Assembly: GCA_041495205.1 (NCBI GenBank)
Contig: JBGQCF010000004.1
Coordinates: forward strand, 22,118-86,117
DNA: 64,000 nt
Source of the DNA: Gammaproteobacteria bacterium
Lineage (GTDB): Bacteria > Pseudomonadota > Gammaproteobacteria > Burkholderiales > JAHFRG01
Direction of reading: 5' to 3'
Part shown: positions 48,196 through 57,160 of the stretch, piece after piece
How positions within the stretch are numbered: position 1 is the first letter of the stretch
How the letters are laid out: each line of letters begins with the position of its first letter
The notes under the pieces: generated by a model
Databases searched by the model: none
What the model was told of the DNA's origin: nothing
The model's input: only the letters and a program-made list of their open reading frames with translations
Position numbers and translations under genes: made by a program

Positions 48196-49162
48196 GTCTC
48201 GGGCCACACATCGCTCTACGCGCAAGGGCCGCGATCTAGAGCTCTTAGTCGCACGCATCAAGGAGCACCAGCTCCCTGGGGCCGTTGTTCGCTCCCCCGA
48301 TCTGGTTCTCGACCGAGACACAGGTGAGAAACGAGAGGTCGACGTTGGGATTCATATCCCGCGAGAAGGTGGCGAAATTTTCATCGCCATAGAATGCCGC
48401 GACCGAAAGGCCGTTCAACACGTCGAATGGGTCGAGCAGCTTATCTGTAAGAAGCAGAGCATCGGTGCCGATACGCTGGTCGCTGTCACCAGCTCGCGGT
48501 TTTACCGACCAGCCCGCGTGAAGGCCCTAAAACATGGGGTCATTCTTACGCGAATGACTTCCCGGCTTCCGAGCGAGGTCGGCCAGCTTGCTGGTTCGTT
48601 TTTCGTGACCTTCCAGTTCGTTTCCCCTCACATATTGCGCGTCGATCTGAAGCTGCCTTCGCATTTAGTCGACGACTATGAAACCTACACTTACCGGCAC
48701 TCGCTTCTCGACCGCGACTTGAAGCTGGAAGAGCTGGCTGATGTATGGAGTAGCCCGAACCTCATCCGCACGGTCGTGAAAGAAATCCACGATTTTGCTC
48801 GTTACAAGTTCGCAAAAGTTGAACTTAAGCACACTAATGCGACCGTGTTTACGAAAACCGGTATGTTTCCGATTCTTGGTGCAAAGCTGAGCTACGAACT
48901 GAACTATGGAGAAGTGCAACTCCCGCTTCGCGCTATTCACGAGTTGGTAGCACTGGACACGCCCAACCACGACGATGCCGTTGCTTTTACGTTTGGCGCT
49001 GGGAGTGAGGTGCTCAGCGAAATAGTTCTCGACCCCGACTCAGACACGCTCCGCTGGGATATCCTGGGGCGGACGCTTCTGGGTGAAGGGAAGGTATTGA
49101 TTGGCGCCCGTTTGAAAGCAAGCAAGCCGGTGAGCATTACGACGATGCGACTCGATTTATGA
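48194..49162 (+). CDS. PD-(D/E)xK (Mrr-cat-like) restriction-endonuclease-domain protein with unknown C-terminal domain (cassette 3 cargo)
   Basis: The N-terminal roughly 120 aa read GRDLELLVARI...REVDVGI...IAIECRDRK...LVAVTSSRF, matching the helix-D...E-x-K(R) layout of Mrr-type nucleases. The remaining roughly 200 aa are beta-rich and unrecognised. Confidence 0.6.
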   Translation: MSRATHRSTRKGRDLELLVARIKEHQLPGAVVRSPDLVLDRDTGEKREVDVGIHIPREGGEIFIAIECRDRKAVQHVEWVEQLICKKQSIGADTLVAVTSSRFYRPARVKALKHGVILTRMTSRLPSEVGQLAGSFFVTFQFVSPHILRVDLKLPSHLVDDYETYTYRHSLLDRDLKLEELADVWSSPNLIRTVVKEIHDFARYKFAKVELKHTNATVFTKTGMFPILGAKLSYELNYGEVQLPLRAIHELVALDTPNHDDAVAFTFGAGSEVLSEIVLDPDSDTLRWDILGRTLLGEGKVLIGARLKASKPVSITTMRLDL

Positions 49163-49164
49163 AC

Positions 49165-49214
49165 ATCTAACTTTCGCTTACAGGGGACGCGGGACCTCCC
49201 TCGATAAAGTAGAC
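49165..49214 (+). repeat. possible degenerate short attC
   Basis: ATCTAAC (fits RYYYAAC), then CTTTCG...CGATAAAG arms, then GTAGAC, which is GTTAGAC missing one T. It is shorter than typical attC sites. Confidence 0.3.
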
Positions 49215-49245
49215 ACTTCTAGCTAACGGAAGAAGGAGGTGTCGA

Positions 49246-49332
49246 ATGGGAAGGCCGATTGGGCCAAAGAAGGTGCATCGCTACAGTGCAGAGTTCAAAC
49301 TGACGGCAGTGAAGCTGAGTCGTTATAAATAA
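49246..49332 (+). pseudogene. IS3-family transposase OrfA N-terminal stub
   Basis: The 28 codons MGRPIGPKKVHRYSAEFKLTAVKLSRYK* match the conserved YSxEFKxxAVKL HTH start of IS3/IS911-type OrfA. An AAGGAGG RBS is retained. The rest of the IS is absent. Confidence 0.6.
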
Positions 49333-49341
49333 CAAATCAAT

Positions 49342-49881
49342 ATGCAGTATGAAGCAATCATAGATTTTTGGTTTAAGGAGATTGAGCCGAAATTTTGGTG
49401 GAAAAAAGATAGTGATTTTGATCGCTTGATAGCGGACAGGTTTCTGGACGTCCATAATGCGGCGGCAAAATGCGAGCTCTATGTTTGGAGAGACCGCCCA
49501 TTGGGCAGGCTTGCTGAAATAATCGTTCTGGACCAGTTTTCCCGCAATATATATCGCAACACTCCTTTGTCGTTTGCCTACGATCCGCTTGCACTGGTTT
49601 TGGCGCAGGAAGCGATCAATGCAAAAATGAACCAATCCTTAGGCCCGGATCAAAAGGCGTTTCTTTACATGCCTTTCATGCATAGCGAGTCTCCTGTAAT
49701 CCATGAGCTCGCGGTGGAACTATTCAAGGAGCCAGGGTTGGAATCCAATTTAAAGTTCGAAATCCAGCATAAAGCCATCATTGACAGGTTTCGCCGTTAT
49801 CCGCACCGCAATGAAATTCTGGGCCGGCAATCCACCGAAGAGGAAATAAGTTTCCTGAAAGAGACAGGTTCCTCGTTTTAA
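49342..49881 (+). CDS. DUF924 family protein
   Basis: 179 aa with FWF...WWKKD N-terminus, QFSRNIYR and RYPHRNEILGR..T.EE..FL, typical of DUF924. AT-rich relative to its neighbours. Confidence 0.75.
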   Translation: MQYEAIIDFWFKEIEPKFWWKKDSDFDRLIADRFLDVHNAAAKCELYVWRDRPLGRLAEIIVLDQFSRNIYRNTPLSFAYDPLALVLAQEAINAKMNQSLGPDQKAFLYMPFMHSESPVIHELAVELFKEPGLESNLKFEIQHKAIIDRFRRYPHRNEILGRQSTEEEISFLKETGSSF

Positions 49882-50020
49882 TTATGAGTGAAGTTGCTTA
49901 TAACAACCCGGACGCGCGTGAACAGGTTGATGCAAAACGTCACGAGCAGGCGGAGATGCTAGGCGCGAGCGAGCGCGCAACACAGCAGACCCCCGCACAG
50001 TAGTTTTGCATCAAGCTGCG

Positions 50021-51145
50021 TTAGAACACCACCACCTGGCGTATAGCCTTCCCTTCCGCCAGGCGGTCAAATCCCAAATTGATGTCCTCGAGTTTAAGCC
50101 GCCCAGTCAACAACCGGTCAACCGGCAGCCTTCCTCGCTTGTAGAGTGCAATATAGCGCGGGATGTCGCGCACAGGAACGCTGGTGCCGATGTAGCTGCC
50201 TTTGATGGTGCGCTCTTCGCCGACCAGATTCGCTTGCGGCACCGGGAAGGTATGGGTGGGGGGCGGCAATCCTGCCGTGACCGTGGTGCCGCCGCGGCGC
50301 GTAATTTTGTAGGCCAATTCCATCGCCTTCACCGAGCCCGCCAGTTCAAATGCGAATTCCACTCCGCCCGCTGTCGCTGCGCGCACTTGCTCTGCGCAGT
50401 CCGGAGAAGCGGCGTTGAACGTGTCAGTTGCGCCGAGACTCTTGACGAGCGCGAGTTTGTCATCGGCAAGGTCAATCGCGACAATCCGGCGCGCGCCGGC
50501 GAGAATTGCGCCGAGAAGGGAAGCCAGCCCCACTCCGCCCAGCCCGATCACCGCCACGGTTGAGCCCGGCGTGACGCGCGCTGTGTTAAGCACCGCGCCG
50601 ACTCCGGTGAGCACGGCGCAGCCGAACAGCGCCGCTTCATCGAGCGGCAGATCAGTTTCTATCTTAATAAGCGAGCGGCGTGAAACGGTGGCGTATTGCG
50701 CGAATGCCGAAACGCCCATGTGGTGATTGAGCAGCGTTGCGCCGCGCTTGAGCCGCCGCGCACCTGACAGGAGCGATCCCGCGACATTGGCCGCTCCCCC
50801 CGGCTCGCACAGCGCAGGCCGGCCTTCGGCGCAGGGCAGGCAATGGCCGCAGCTCGGCACGAATACCATCACCACATGATCGCCTTTCTTGAGGTCGCCG
50901 ACTCCCGCCCCCAGCTCTTCGACGATACCGGCCGCTTCGTGGCCTAGCACCATCGGGGTGGGCCGCGGCCGGTCGCCGTTGATGGCCGACAAATCGGAAT
51001 GGCACAAACCGGCAGCGGCGATTTTCACCAGCACTTCGCCGGGCCCGGGCGGGTCGAGTTCCACTTCCTCGACCGACAGCGGCCTGGTCACTGCATAGGG
51101 CGGCTTCACGCCCAGCTGATTCAGCACCGCGGCTTTAATTTTCAT
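50021..51145 (-). CDS. zinc-dependent alcohol dehydrogenase family protein
   Basis: Catalytic Zn motif (GLCHSDL...GHEAAGIV) and Rossmann motif (VIGLGGVGL). ATG at 51145 with an AGGAAG RBS. Confidence 0.85.
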   Translation of the reverse strand: MKIKAAVLNQLGVKPPYAVTRPLSVEEVELDPPGPGEVLVKIAAAGLCHSDLSAINGDRPRPTPMVLGHEAAGIVEELGAGVGDLKKGDHVVMVFVPSCGHCLPCAEGRPALCEPGGAANVAGSLLSGARRLKRGATLLNHHMGVSAFAQYATVSRRSLIKIETDLPLDEAALFGCAVLTGVGAVLNTARVTPGSTVAVIGLGGVGLASLLGAILAGARRIVAIDLADDKLALVKSLGATDTFNAASPDCAEQVRAATAGGVEFAFELAGSVKAMELAYKITRRGGTTVTAGLPPPTHTFPVPQANLVGEERTIKGSYIGTSVPVRDIPRYIALYKRGRLPVDRLLTGRLKLEDINLGFDRLAEGKAIRQVVVF

Positions 51146-51185
51146 AAGCAATCTTCCTGATTCTTGAATGGCCGACCGGGGCGGA

Positions 51186-51211
51186 CAAAAAAACCGGCAC
51201 GAGGCCGGCTT
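51186..51211 (-). terminator. putative rho-independent terminator of grxD
   Basis: On the minus strand, GCCGG-ctcgt-CCGGC is a GC stem followed by a T7 run, about 17 nt after the grxD stop. Confidence 0.5.
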
Positions 51212-51227
51212 GTGATGAACGGAAAAT

Positions 51228-51533
51228 CTACTTGAGCAATTTCTGCAGTTCGCCGCTTTTATACATTTCGGTCAGGATGTCCGAGCCGCCGACGAATTCG
51301 CCGTTGACGTAGAGCTGAGGAATGGTCGGCCAGTTGGCGTATTCCTTGATGCCTTGGCGAATTTCGGGATTGGAAAGCACATCCACCGTGAAAATATCCT
51401 GCACTCCGCAGGCCTTAAGGATATTCACCACATTGGCGCTGAATCCACACTGCGGAAAATCAGGCGTGCCTTTCATGTACAGCACTACGGGGTGCTCGGT
51501 GACCTGCTTTTTGATAAATTCCTGCGCGCTCAT
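51228..51533 (-). CDS. grxD: monothiol glutaredoxin (Grx4 family)
   Basis: 101 aa with the CGFS active site (PQCGFS). Confidence 0.92.
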   Translation of the reverse strand: MSAQEFIKKQVTEHPVVLYMKGTPDFPQCGFSANVVNILKACGVQDIFTVDVLSNPEIRQGIKEYANWPTIPQLYVNGEFVGGSDILTEMYKSGELQKLLK

Positions 51534-51577
51534 ACCCGCTCCTGAAAATAAATCAACTTGAAATATTATAACATCAC

Positions 51578-52441
51578 TCAGTCAATCCGGCCGCCTGAAA
51601 CGCGCGGAATTCCCGCCAAGTCCTTGCTGCTAAAGAACCGGGTAAAGTTGCTTTGCGCAAGCAATTCCAGGCAGGCATGTGCCTGATCGTAGCCATGCTC
51701 CAACAGCAACCAGCCGCCTGCGCAAAGGTGCGAGGGTGCCCCTTGAATAATCTGGCGAATACACTCGAGCCCGCCGGCTCCGCCGTTAAGCGCCTGCCTG
51801 GGCTCAAAGCGCACATCGCCTTGCTGCAGATGCGCGTCGTCAGAAGCAACATAAGGGGGATTGGAAATTATGAGATCGTATGTGTCCCCGCCCAAAGCGT
51901 CGTACCAGTCGCTGTTTTTAAACATCACCGCCCGGTAATCCGCGCCGAGCAGATTTTCGGCATTTTGCCGCGCTACAGCGAGCGCCTCCTCTGAACAATC
52001 CACCGCGGTAATGCGCGCCAGCGGGCGGTAGCGGGCTAGAGCGAGCGCAATGTTGCCGCTGCCCGTTCCCAGCTCCAGCACCTTGCAGGATTGGTCTTGC
52101 GGCATGCGCTCCAGCGCCCGTTCCACCAGCAACTCGGTTTCGGGCCGGGGTATCAGCACCGCCGGAGTTATTTTGAAATTCAGACCGTAAAATTCGCGTT
52201 CACCCAGGATGTAAGCGGTGGGCTCTCCTGCCATACGGCGTTGTACCCATTCCGCATAGACAGCCGCTTGCCGTGAATTTAAGATTTGCTCGTGGTGGGC
52301 GGTAAGATAAGCGCGCTTCACGTCAAGCGCCGCTTGCAGCAGCAGATTCGCGTCGCAGTGTTGCAGCCCACTCTCGCGCAATGCACGCGCAACGCTGACC
52401 GGAGCGGCGGCTGAAGCAAAATCTTTGGCAGCCACCTGCAT
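51578..52441 (-). CDS. prmC: peptide chain release factor N5-glutamine methyltransferase
   Basis: 287 aa with SAM motif (LELGTGSGNIA) and NPPY. Immediately downstream of prfA. Confidence 0.9.
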   Translation of the reverse strand: MQVAAKDFASAAAPVSVARALRESGLQHCDANLLLQAALDVKRAYLTAHHEQILNSRQAAVYAEWVQRRMAGEPTAYILGEREFYGLNFKITPAVLIPRPETELLVERALERMPQDQSCKVLELGTGSGNIALALARYRPLARITAVDCSEEALAVARQNAENLLGADYRAVMFKNSDWYDALGGDTYDLIISNPPYVASDDAHLQQGDVRFEPRQALNGGAGGLECIRQIIQGAPSHLCAGGWLLLEHGYDQAHACLELLAQSNFTRFFSSKDLAGIPRVSGGRID

Positions 52442-53523
52442 CAGGTTTCCTCGGCCACAGCCGCCAGCTGCTCGGCTTGATGCTCCGCCATCAAAGCGCC
52501 GGTGAGCTCATTCAAGTCGCCATCCATGATCTGGTCAATCTTGTACAAGCTGAGATTGATGCGGTGGTCGGTCACCCGTCCCTGCGGAAAATTATAGGTG
52601 CGCATGCGCCCGGAACGGTCGCCGCTGCCAACCAGCGATTTGCGGGTCGCGGCCTGTTTGGCCTGCTGTTCGCGCAGTTGCTTGTCCTTGATGCGCGCCG
52701 CAAGAATCGCCAGCGCCTGCGCCTTGTTTTTGTGCTGCGAGCGGCCGTCCTGGCATTCCACCACGATTCCGGTCGGCAGATGCGTCACCCGCACCGCGGA
52801 GTCAGTCTTGTTGACGTGCTGCCCTCCCGCACCTGAAGCGCGGAAGGTGTCTATACGCAGTTCCGCAGGATTGAGCACCACGTCGGAAATTTCATCGACT
52901 TCGGGAAGCACCGCCACCGTGCAGGCGGAAGTATGGATGCGCCCCTGCGTCTCGGTTTCCGGCACGCGCTGCACGCGATGGCCCCCGGACTCGAACTTCA
53001 GCTTGGAATAGGCGCCTTTGCCGGTGATCTTGGCGATGATTTCCTTATAGCCGCCGATCTCCGAGGGGCTTTCGGAAATGATTTCCACCTGCCAGCGTTG
53101 CCGCTCGGCGAAGCGCGCGTACATGCGGAACAGGGTTCCGGCAAACAGCGCTGATTCGTCGCCGCCGGTGCCTGCACGGATTTCCAGAAAAATGTTGCGC
53201 TCATCGTTGGGGTCCTGCGGCAGCAGTTTCTTTTGCAGCTCGGATTCGATGCGCGCGAGTTTCTCGCGCCCCTCGCGGATTTCAGTTTCCGCGAATTCGC
53301 GCATTTTCGGGTCGGACTGCATTTCCTGCGCCGCCTGCAGGTCGCGCTCGCCGGATTGATAGGCCTCGTACAGTTTAACCACCGGCGTGATCTCCGCGTG
53401 CTCACGGGCGAGCTTGCGGTAACTTTCCAGGTCCGCGGTGGCGTTTTCGCTGCTTAGGATTTGGTTGAGTTGTTGGAGGCGGTTGCTGAGTTGGGATAGC
53501 TTGCCGGCAATGCTTTCTTTCAT
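52441..53523 (-). CDS. prfA: peptide chain release factor 1
   Basis: 360 aa with the GGQ motif (SGAGGQHVN) and the RF1 PxT-type region. Confidence 0.95.
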   Translation of the reverse strand: MKESIAGKLSQLSNRLQQLNQILSSENATADLESYRKLAREHAEITPVVKLYEAYQSGERDLQAAQEMQSDPKMREFAETEIREGREKLARIESELQKKLLPQDPNDERNIFLEIRAGTGGDESALFAGTLFRMYARFAERQRWQVEIISESPSEIGGYKEIIAKITGKGAYSKLKFESGGHRVQRVPETETQGRIHTSACTVAVLPEVDEISDVVLNPAELRIDTFRASGAGGQHVNKTDSAVRVTHLPTGIVVECQDGRSQHKNKAQALAILAARIKDKQLREQQAKQAATRKSLVGSGDRSGRMRTYNFPQGRVTDHRINLSLYKIDQIMDGDLNELTGALMAEHQAEQLAAVAEET

Positions 53524-54773
53524 TCTTGTCGGTGTATCTGATAAAGGCGGTTGATCAAGGCCACCAGTTGTTCGCGGTCGTCAGAGTGCGCGTGGTTCAG
53601 CACATGAGTGGGAACATGCAGGAATTTGTTGGTCAGCGCGCGGCTCAAGGATTCCACCACCTGCTGCGCGTCCGCGCCGCGTTCGAGGAGTCGCAGGGCA
53701 CGCTGCAGCTCGCGGCGGCGGCCGCGTTCCGCGTGGTCGCGCAAGGCGCGTATGGTGGGGACGAGTTCGCGCGTTTCCAGCCAATGCACAAAACTGATCA
53801 CGTTGGATTCGATGATGGCCTCGGCCTGCGCCACCGCGCCCTGGCGCGCGTCCATCCCGCTTTGCACCAGGTGTGCAAGATCATCCACGGTGTAAAGAAA
53901 CACGTCGTCCAGTTTCCCGGCCTCGGCCTCGACATCGCGCGGTACCGCGAGGTCAACCAGCAGCATCGGGCGGTGTTTGCGCATCCTGATCGCCCGTTCC
54001 AGCATACCCTTGCCGAGAATCGGCAGGGGACTCGCGGTGCAGGTAATCACCACGTCCTGCAACGCCAGCTGTTCCGGCAATTCATTAAGCGTGATGGCGT
54101 CGCCATTGAAACGTTGCGCCAATGCCGCGGCGCGCTCCAGCGTGCGGTTGGCGACGGTCATGCGCTTGGGGGCGCGCGATGCGAAATGCGTGGCACACAG
54201 CTCGATCATTTCCCCGGCGCCGATCAACATCACATGCTGTCCGGAAATGGTCGGAAAAATGCGCTCGGCGAGGCGCACTGCCGCCGCCGCCATGGAAACC
54301 GAATTCGCGCCGATATCGGTGTTGCTGCGCACTTCCTTGGCCACTGAAAAAGAGCGCTGAAACAATTTATGCAGCAGCAATCCCAGAGTGCCGGCTTCCT
54401 CGGCGGTGCGCACCGCCTGTTTGATCTGGCCGAGGATCTGCGGCTCGCCCAATACCATCGAATCCAGCCCGCTCGCCACCCGGAAAGCGTGTTTCACCGC
54501 TTTCTCCCGCGGCAGAGTGTAAAGATAAGGCTGGATATTCTGGGCCTTGAGATGGTGGTAATCCGCCAGCCATTCGACCGCCGCTTCAGGCTCGGGTGTG
54601 TTGCAATAGACCTCGGTGCGGTTACAGGTGGAAATGATTGCCGCCTCGCTTACCGGCCTGCGATTTACCAGGTCGCGCAAGGCCTCGCCCAAAGTTTGCG
54701 CGTGAAACGCCAGCCGCTCGCGCATTGAAAGCGGCGCGGTGACATGGTTGATGCCAACGGCAAACAACTGCAT
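53520..54773 (-). CDS. hemA: glutamyl-tRNA reductase
   Basis: [15 protein letters not shown]-terminus, catalytic Cys region (STCNRTEVY) and NADPH motif (IGAGEM). ATG at 54773 chosen over the extended ORF. Confidence 0.92.
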   Translation of the reverse strand: MQLFAVGINHVTAPLSMRERLAFHAQTLGEALRDLVNRRPVSEAAIISTCNRTEVYCNTPEPEAAVEWLADYHHLKAQNIQPYLYTLPREKAVKHAFRVASGLDSMVLGEPQILGQIKQAVRTAEEAGTLGLLLHKLFQRSFSVAKEVRSNTDIGANSVSMAAAAVRLAERIFPTISGQHVMLIGAGEMIELCATHFASRAPKRMTVANRTLERAAALAQRFNGDAITLNELPEQLALQDVVITCTASPLPILGKGMLERAIRMRKHRPMLLVDLAVPRDVEAEAGKLDDVFLYTVDDLAHLVQSGMDARQGAVAQAEAIIESNVISFVHWLETRELVPTIRALRDHAERGRRRELQRALRLLERGADAQQVVESLSRALTNKFLHVPTHVLNHAHSDDREQLVALINRLYQIHRQE

Positions 54774-54885
54774 GGCCGGTAACCGGGAAAGGAAGGAAAA
54801 AGTGAGAATATTATAGCATTGGCGCGGTTGGGAAAAGATTGCGCCTGCGCCCCATCGCGTCGAAATGCGGTGCTTCCAAAAGCCG

Positions 54886-54928
54886 GAAATGAAAACGGAC
54901 ACCCGCCGGCCAAGGCGAAGGTGTCCGT
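54886..54928 (-). terminator. rho-independent terminator of the Cys-rich peptide gene
   Basis: On the minus strand, ACGGACACC-16 nt-GGTGTCCGT is a perfect 9-bp stem followed by TTTTCATTT, about 20 nt after the stop. Confidence 0.65.
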
Positions 54929-54949
54929 TAAGTGATTAACTACTGGCGC

Positions 54950-55210
54950 TTAGCCTTTCTTGGCCTTGGCTTTCGCAGCCTTGCAGTCTTTTTCGCTCAT
55001 CGCCATAAAGCCTTTGCCTTTGCAGGCGTTCTCGCCTTTGCAAGCGTTGGTGGCTGACTTGCAATCGGACTTGCCTTTGCAAGCATTGACGCCTTCACAG
55101 TGAATCTTGCCATCTTCTGCCGCAAAGGCGCTGCCGATTCCGGCGGTAAGAAACATTCCGGCCGCGGCGCAGGCCAAGGCGATTCCTGTGAGCTTTTGAA
55201 CTGCTGTCAT
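54950..55210 (-). CDS. small secreted Cys/Lys-rich peptide with NACKG repeats
   Basis: 86 aa from the ATG at 55210, preceded by an AGGAGA RBS. Signal peptide ends AFA/AEDG. The mature roughly 55 aa has 6 Cys: HCEGVNACKGKSDCKSATNACKGENACKGKG...DCKAAKAKAKKG. Confidence 0.65.
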   Translation of the reverse strand: MTAVQKLTGIALACAAAGMFLTAGIGSAFAAEDGKIHCEGVNACKGKSDCKSATNACKGENACKGKGFMAMSEKDCKAAKAKAKKG

Positions 55211-55458
55211 CGTTTGTGTCTCCTGAAAGTTGAAAAACGCCCGGTTTTTGTAGTCCGGCTTGCGCCCGGACCGGTTCATAATGCGACCGAACTGCGCATT
55301 GATGAATTCGTCGTCAAAACTGCAATTTTCTTACATTAACGCAGCCCGGCGGTTTCAGTTGACCCGCCTCGCTGTTTTGGCGCGCGGTTTGCCCGGGTGC
55401 CAGCAACATCAAAATACGGTAAAATTTGTAGTTTGGATTCACTAAAAGTTCCCATTAT

Positions 55459-56694
55459 ATGTCTTCACCCGCAATACAAGCGATTTCCAGACGCACCAGC
55501 GTGGGCGTGAAAATAGGACCGGTCACCATCGGCGGCGGCGCTCCCATCGTGGTGCAGTCCATGACCAATACCGATACCGCCGACGTAGCTGCAACCGCAA
55601 CGCAGGTAGCGGAACTCGCCAAAGCCGGCTCGGAACTGGTGCGCATCACCGTAAACAGCGCCGAAGCTGCACAGCAAGTCGCGCCGATTCGGGAACGGCT
55701 GGACCGGATGGGCTGCCATGTGCCGCTGATTGGCGATTTTCATTTTAACGGGCACAAGCTGCTCACCGAATATCCCGACTGCGCCGCAGCGCTGGCTAAA
55801 TACCGCATCAATCCCGGCAACGTCGGCAGAGGATCGAAGCGCGATGAACAGTTCGCCACCATGATCGAGGTCGCATGCAAATACAACAAGCCGGTGCGCA
55901 TCGGGGTGAACTGGGGCAGCCTGGATCCTGCGCTGCTCACGCGCATGATGGACGAAAACGCGAAACTTCCCGAGCCGAAAGATGCCAATGAAGTCACCCG
56001 CGAAGCGCTGATTGTCTCGGCACTTGATAATGCCAAGCGCGCGGAGGAAATAGGGCTTGCGCACGATAAAATCGTGCTGTCCTGCAAAGTAAGCGGCGTG
56101 CAGGATTTGGTCACCGTATACAGCGAAATTGCTGAGCGCTGCGATTATCCGCTGCACCTGGGTTTGACCGAAGCGGGAATGGGTTCCAAAGGCATCGTCG
56201 CTTCCACGGCAGCGGTCGCGGTTCTGTTGCAACGTGGTATCGGCGACACCATACGCATCTCGCTTACTCCAGAACCGGGCGGCGACCGCACCAGGGAAGT
56301 GATCGTAGCGCAGGAAATCCTGCAAACGATGGGGCTGCGTTCATTCACCCCGATGGTCGTGGCTTGCCCCGGCTGCGGCCGCACCACCAGTACTTTCTTC
56401 CAGGAACTCGCGGATAACATTCAGACCTATTTGCGCAATCAGATGCCGGTATGGCGCGAACAATATGCCGGGGTTGAAAAAATGAGCGTGGCGGTAATGG
56501 GTTGCGTGGTGAACGGGCCGGGAGAGAGCAAGCACGCCAATATCGGCATCAGCCTTCCCGGTTCGGGCGAAACCCCTGTGGCGCCGGTATTCGTGGACGG
56601 CCAAAAAACGGTGACGCTCAAAGGCGCGAATATCGCCGAAGAATTCCAGAAGATCGTCGATGACTACGTGCGGACACGTTACGCAAAGCATTGA
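55459..56694 (+). CDS. ispG: 4-hydroxy-3-methylbut-2-en-1-yl diphosphate synthase
   Basis: 411 aa with the GcpE family N-terminus ([19 protein letters not shown]) and Fe-S cysteines ([20 protein letters not shown]). Confidence 0.93.
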   Translation: MSSPAIQAISRRTSVGVKIGPVTIGGGAPIVVQSMTNTDTADVAATATQVAELAKAGSELVRITVNSAEAAQQVAPIRERLDRMGCHVPLIGDFHFNGHKLLTEYPDCAAALAKYRINPGNVGRGSKRDEQFATMIEVACKYNKPVRIGVNWGSLDPALLTRMMDENAKLPEPKDANEVTREALIVSALDNAKRAEEIGLAHDKIVLSCKVSGVQDLVTVYSEIAERCDYPLHLGLTEAGMGSKGIVASTAAVAVLLQRGIGDTIRISLTPEPGGDRTREVIVAQEILQTMGLRSFTPMVVACPGCGRTTSTFFQELADNIQTYLRNQMPVWREQYAGVEKMSVAVMGCVVNGPGESKHANIGISLPGSGETPVAPVFVDGQKTVTLKGANIAEEFQKIVDDYVRTRYAKH

Positions 56695-56698
56695 AACC

Positions 56699-57157
56699 AT
56701 GATACTGACTGTCGAAGTAGACAAGACGATCCGCCGCCCCATAGACAACGTACGCCGTCAATTCGGCGACATGCGGCACCACGAGAAATACCGGGTTCAT
56801 CCGGACGTCCGATTCACCGTGCTTTCCGAAGAAGGGAATGCGTGCCGCTTCAGGCAGGAAGTGAGCGTGCTCGGACTGAGTCAAGTTGATGAGGTGTATC
56901 AGTTGAGACAGCCTAACGGCGATATCGTCAGTGACGTCGTCGCGGGCACCAACCAGGGCATGCATATCATTCAATCGTTCAGGCCCGCGAGCGAAGGGGC
57001 CACGGCCATTCATTTCCGGCTTGATATGCCGGTCAGCGGAATCAAGAAACTTTTGAAGCCGCTGTTTGCCGCGGCGCTGCGCAAAGCGATCGGGAAAGGT
57101 CTGGAAGAAGACCGTATTGATCTCGAGGAACGCGGTTACCCGAGGGTAGCGGCTTAG
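56699..57157 (+). CDS. SRPBCC (polyketide cyclase/START-like) family protein
   Basis: 152 aa from the ATG at 56699, 5 nt after the ispG stop. Helix-grip-like pattern. Family assignment is tentative. Confidence 0.5.
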   Translation: MILTVEVDKTIRRPIDNVRRQFGDMRHHEKYRVHPDVRFTVLSEEGNACRFRQEVSVLGLSQVDEVYQLRQPNGDIVSDVVAGTNQGMHIIQSFRPASEGATAIHFRLDMPVSGIKKLLKPLFAAALRKAIGKGLEEDRIDLEERGYPRVAA

Positions 57158-57160
57158 AAG

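Larger units (their letters stand above)
47038..49214 (+). mobile_element. integron-type gene-cassette array lacking an integrase (CALIN-like)
   Basis: Three co-oriented ORFs are each followed by an attC-like element (RYYYAAC...imperfect palindrome...GTTRRRY). No tyrosine recombinase is present in the window. The left boundary is uncertain (a GTTGGAG at 47038 is only core-like). Confidence 0.6.

Noticed and set aside
49884-50003. 39-codon ORF (MSEVAYNNPDAREQVDAKRHEQAEMLGASERATQQTPAQ) right after DUF924.
   Set aside because: It is short and low-complexity, with no clear RBS and no recognisable family. Coding cannot be supported from sequence alone.
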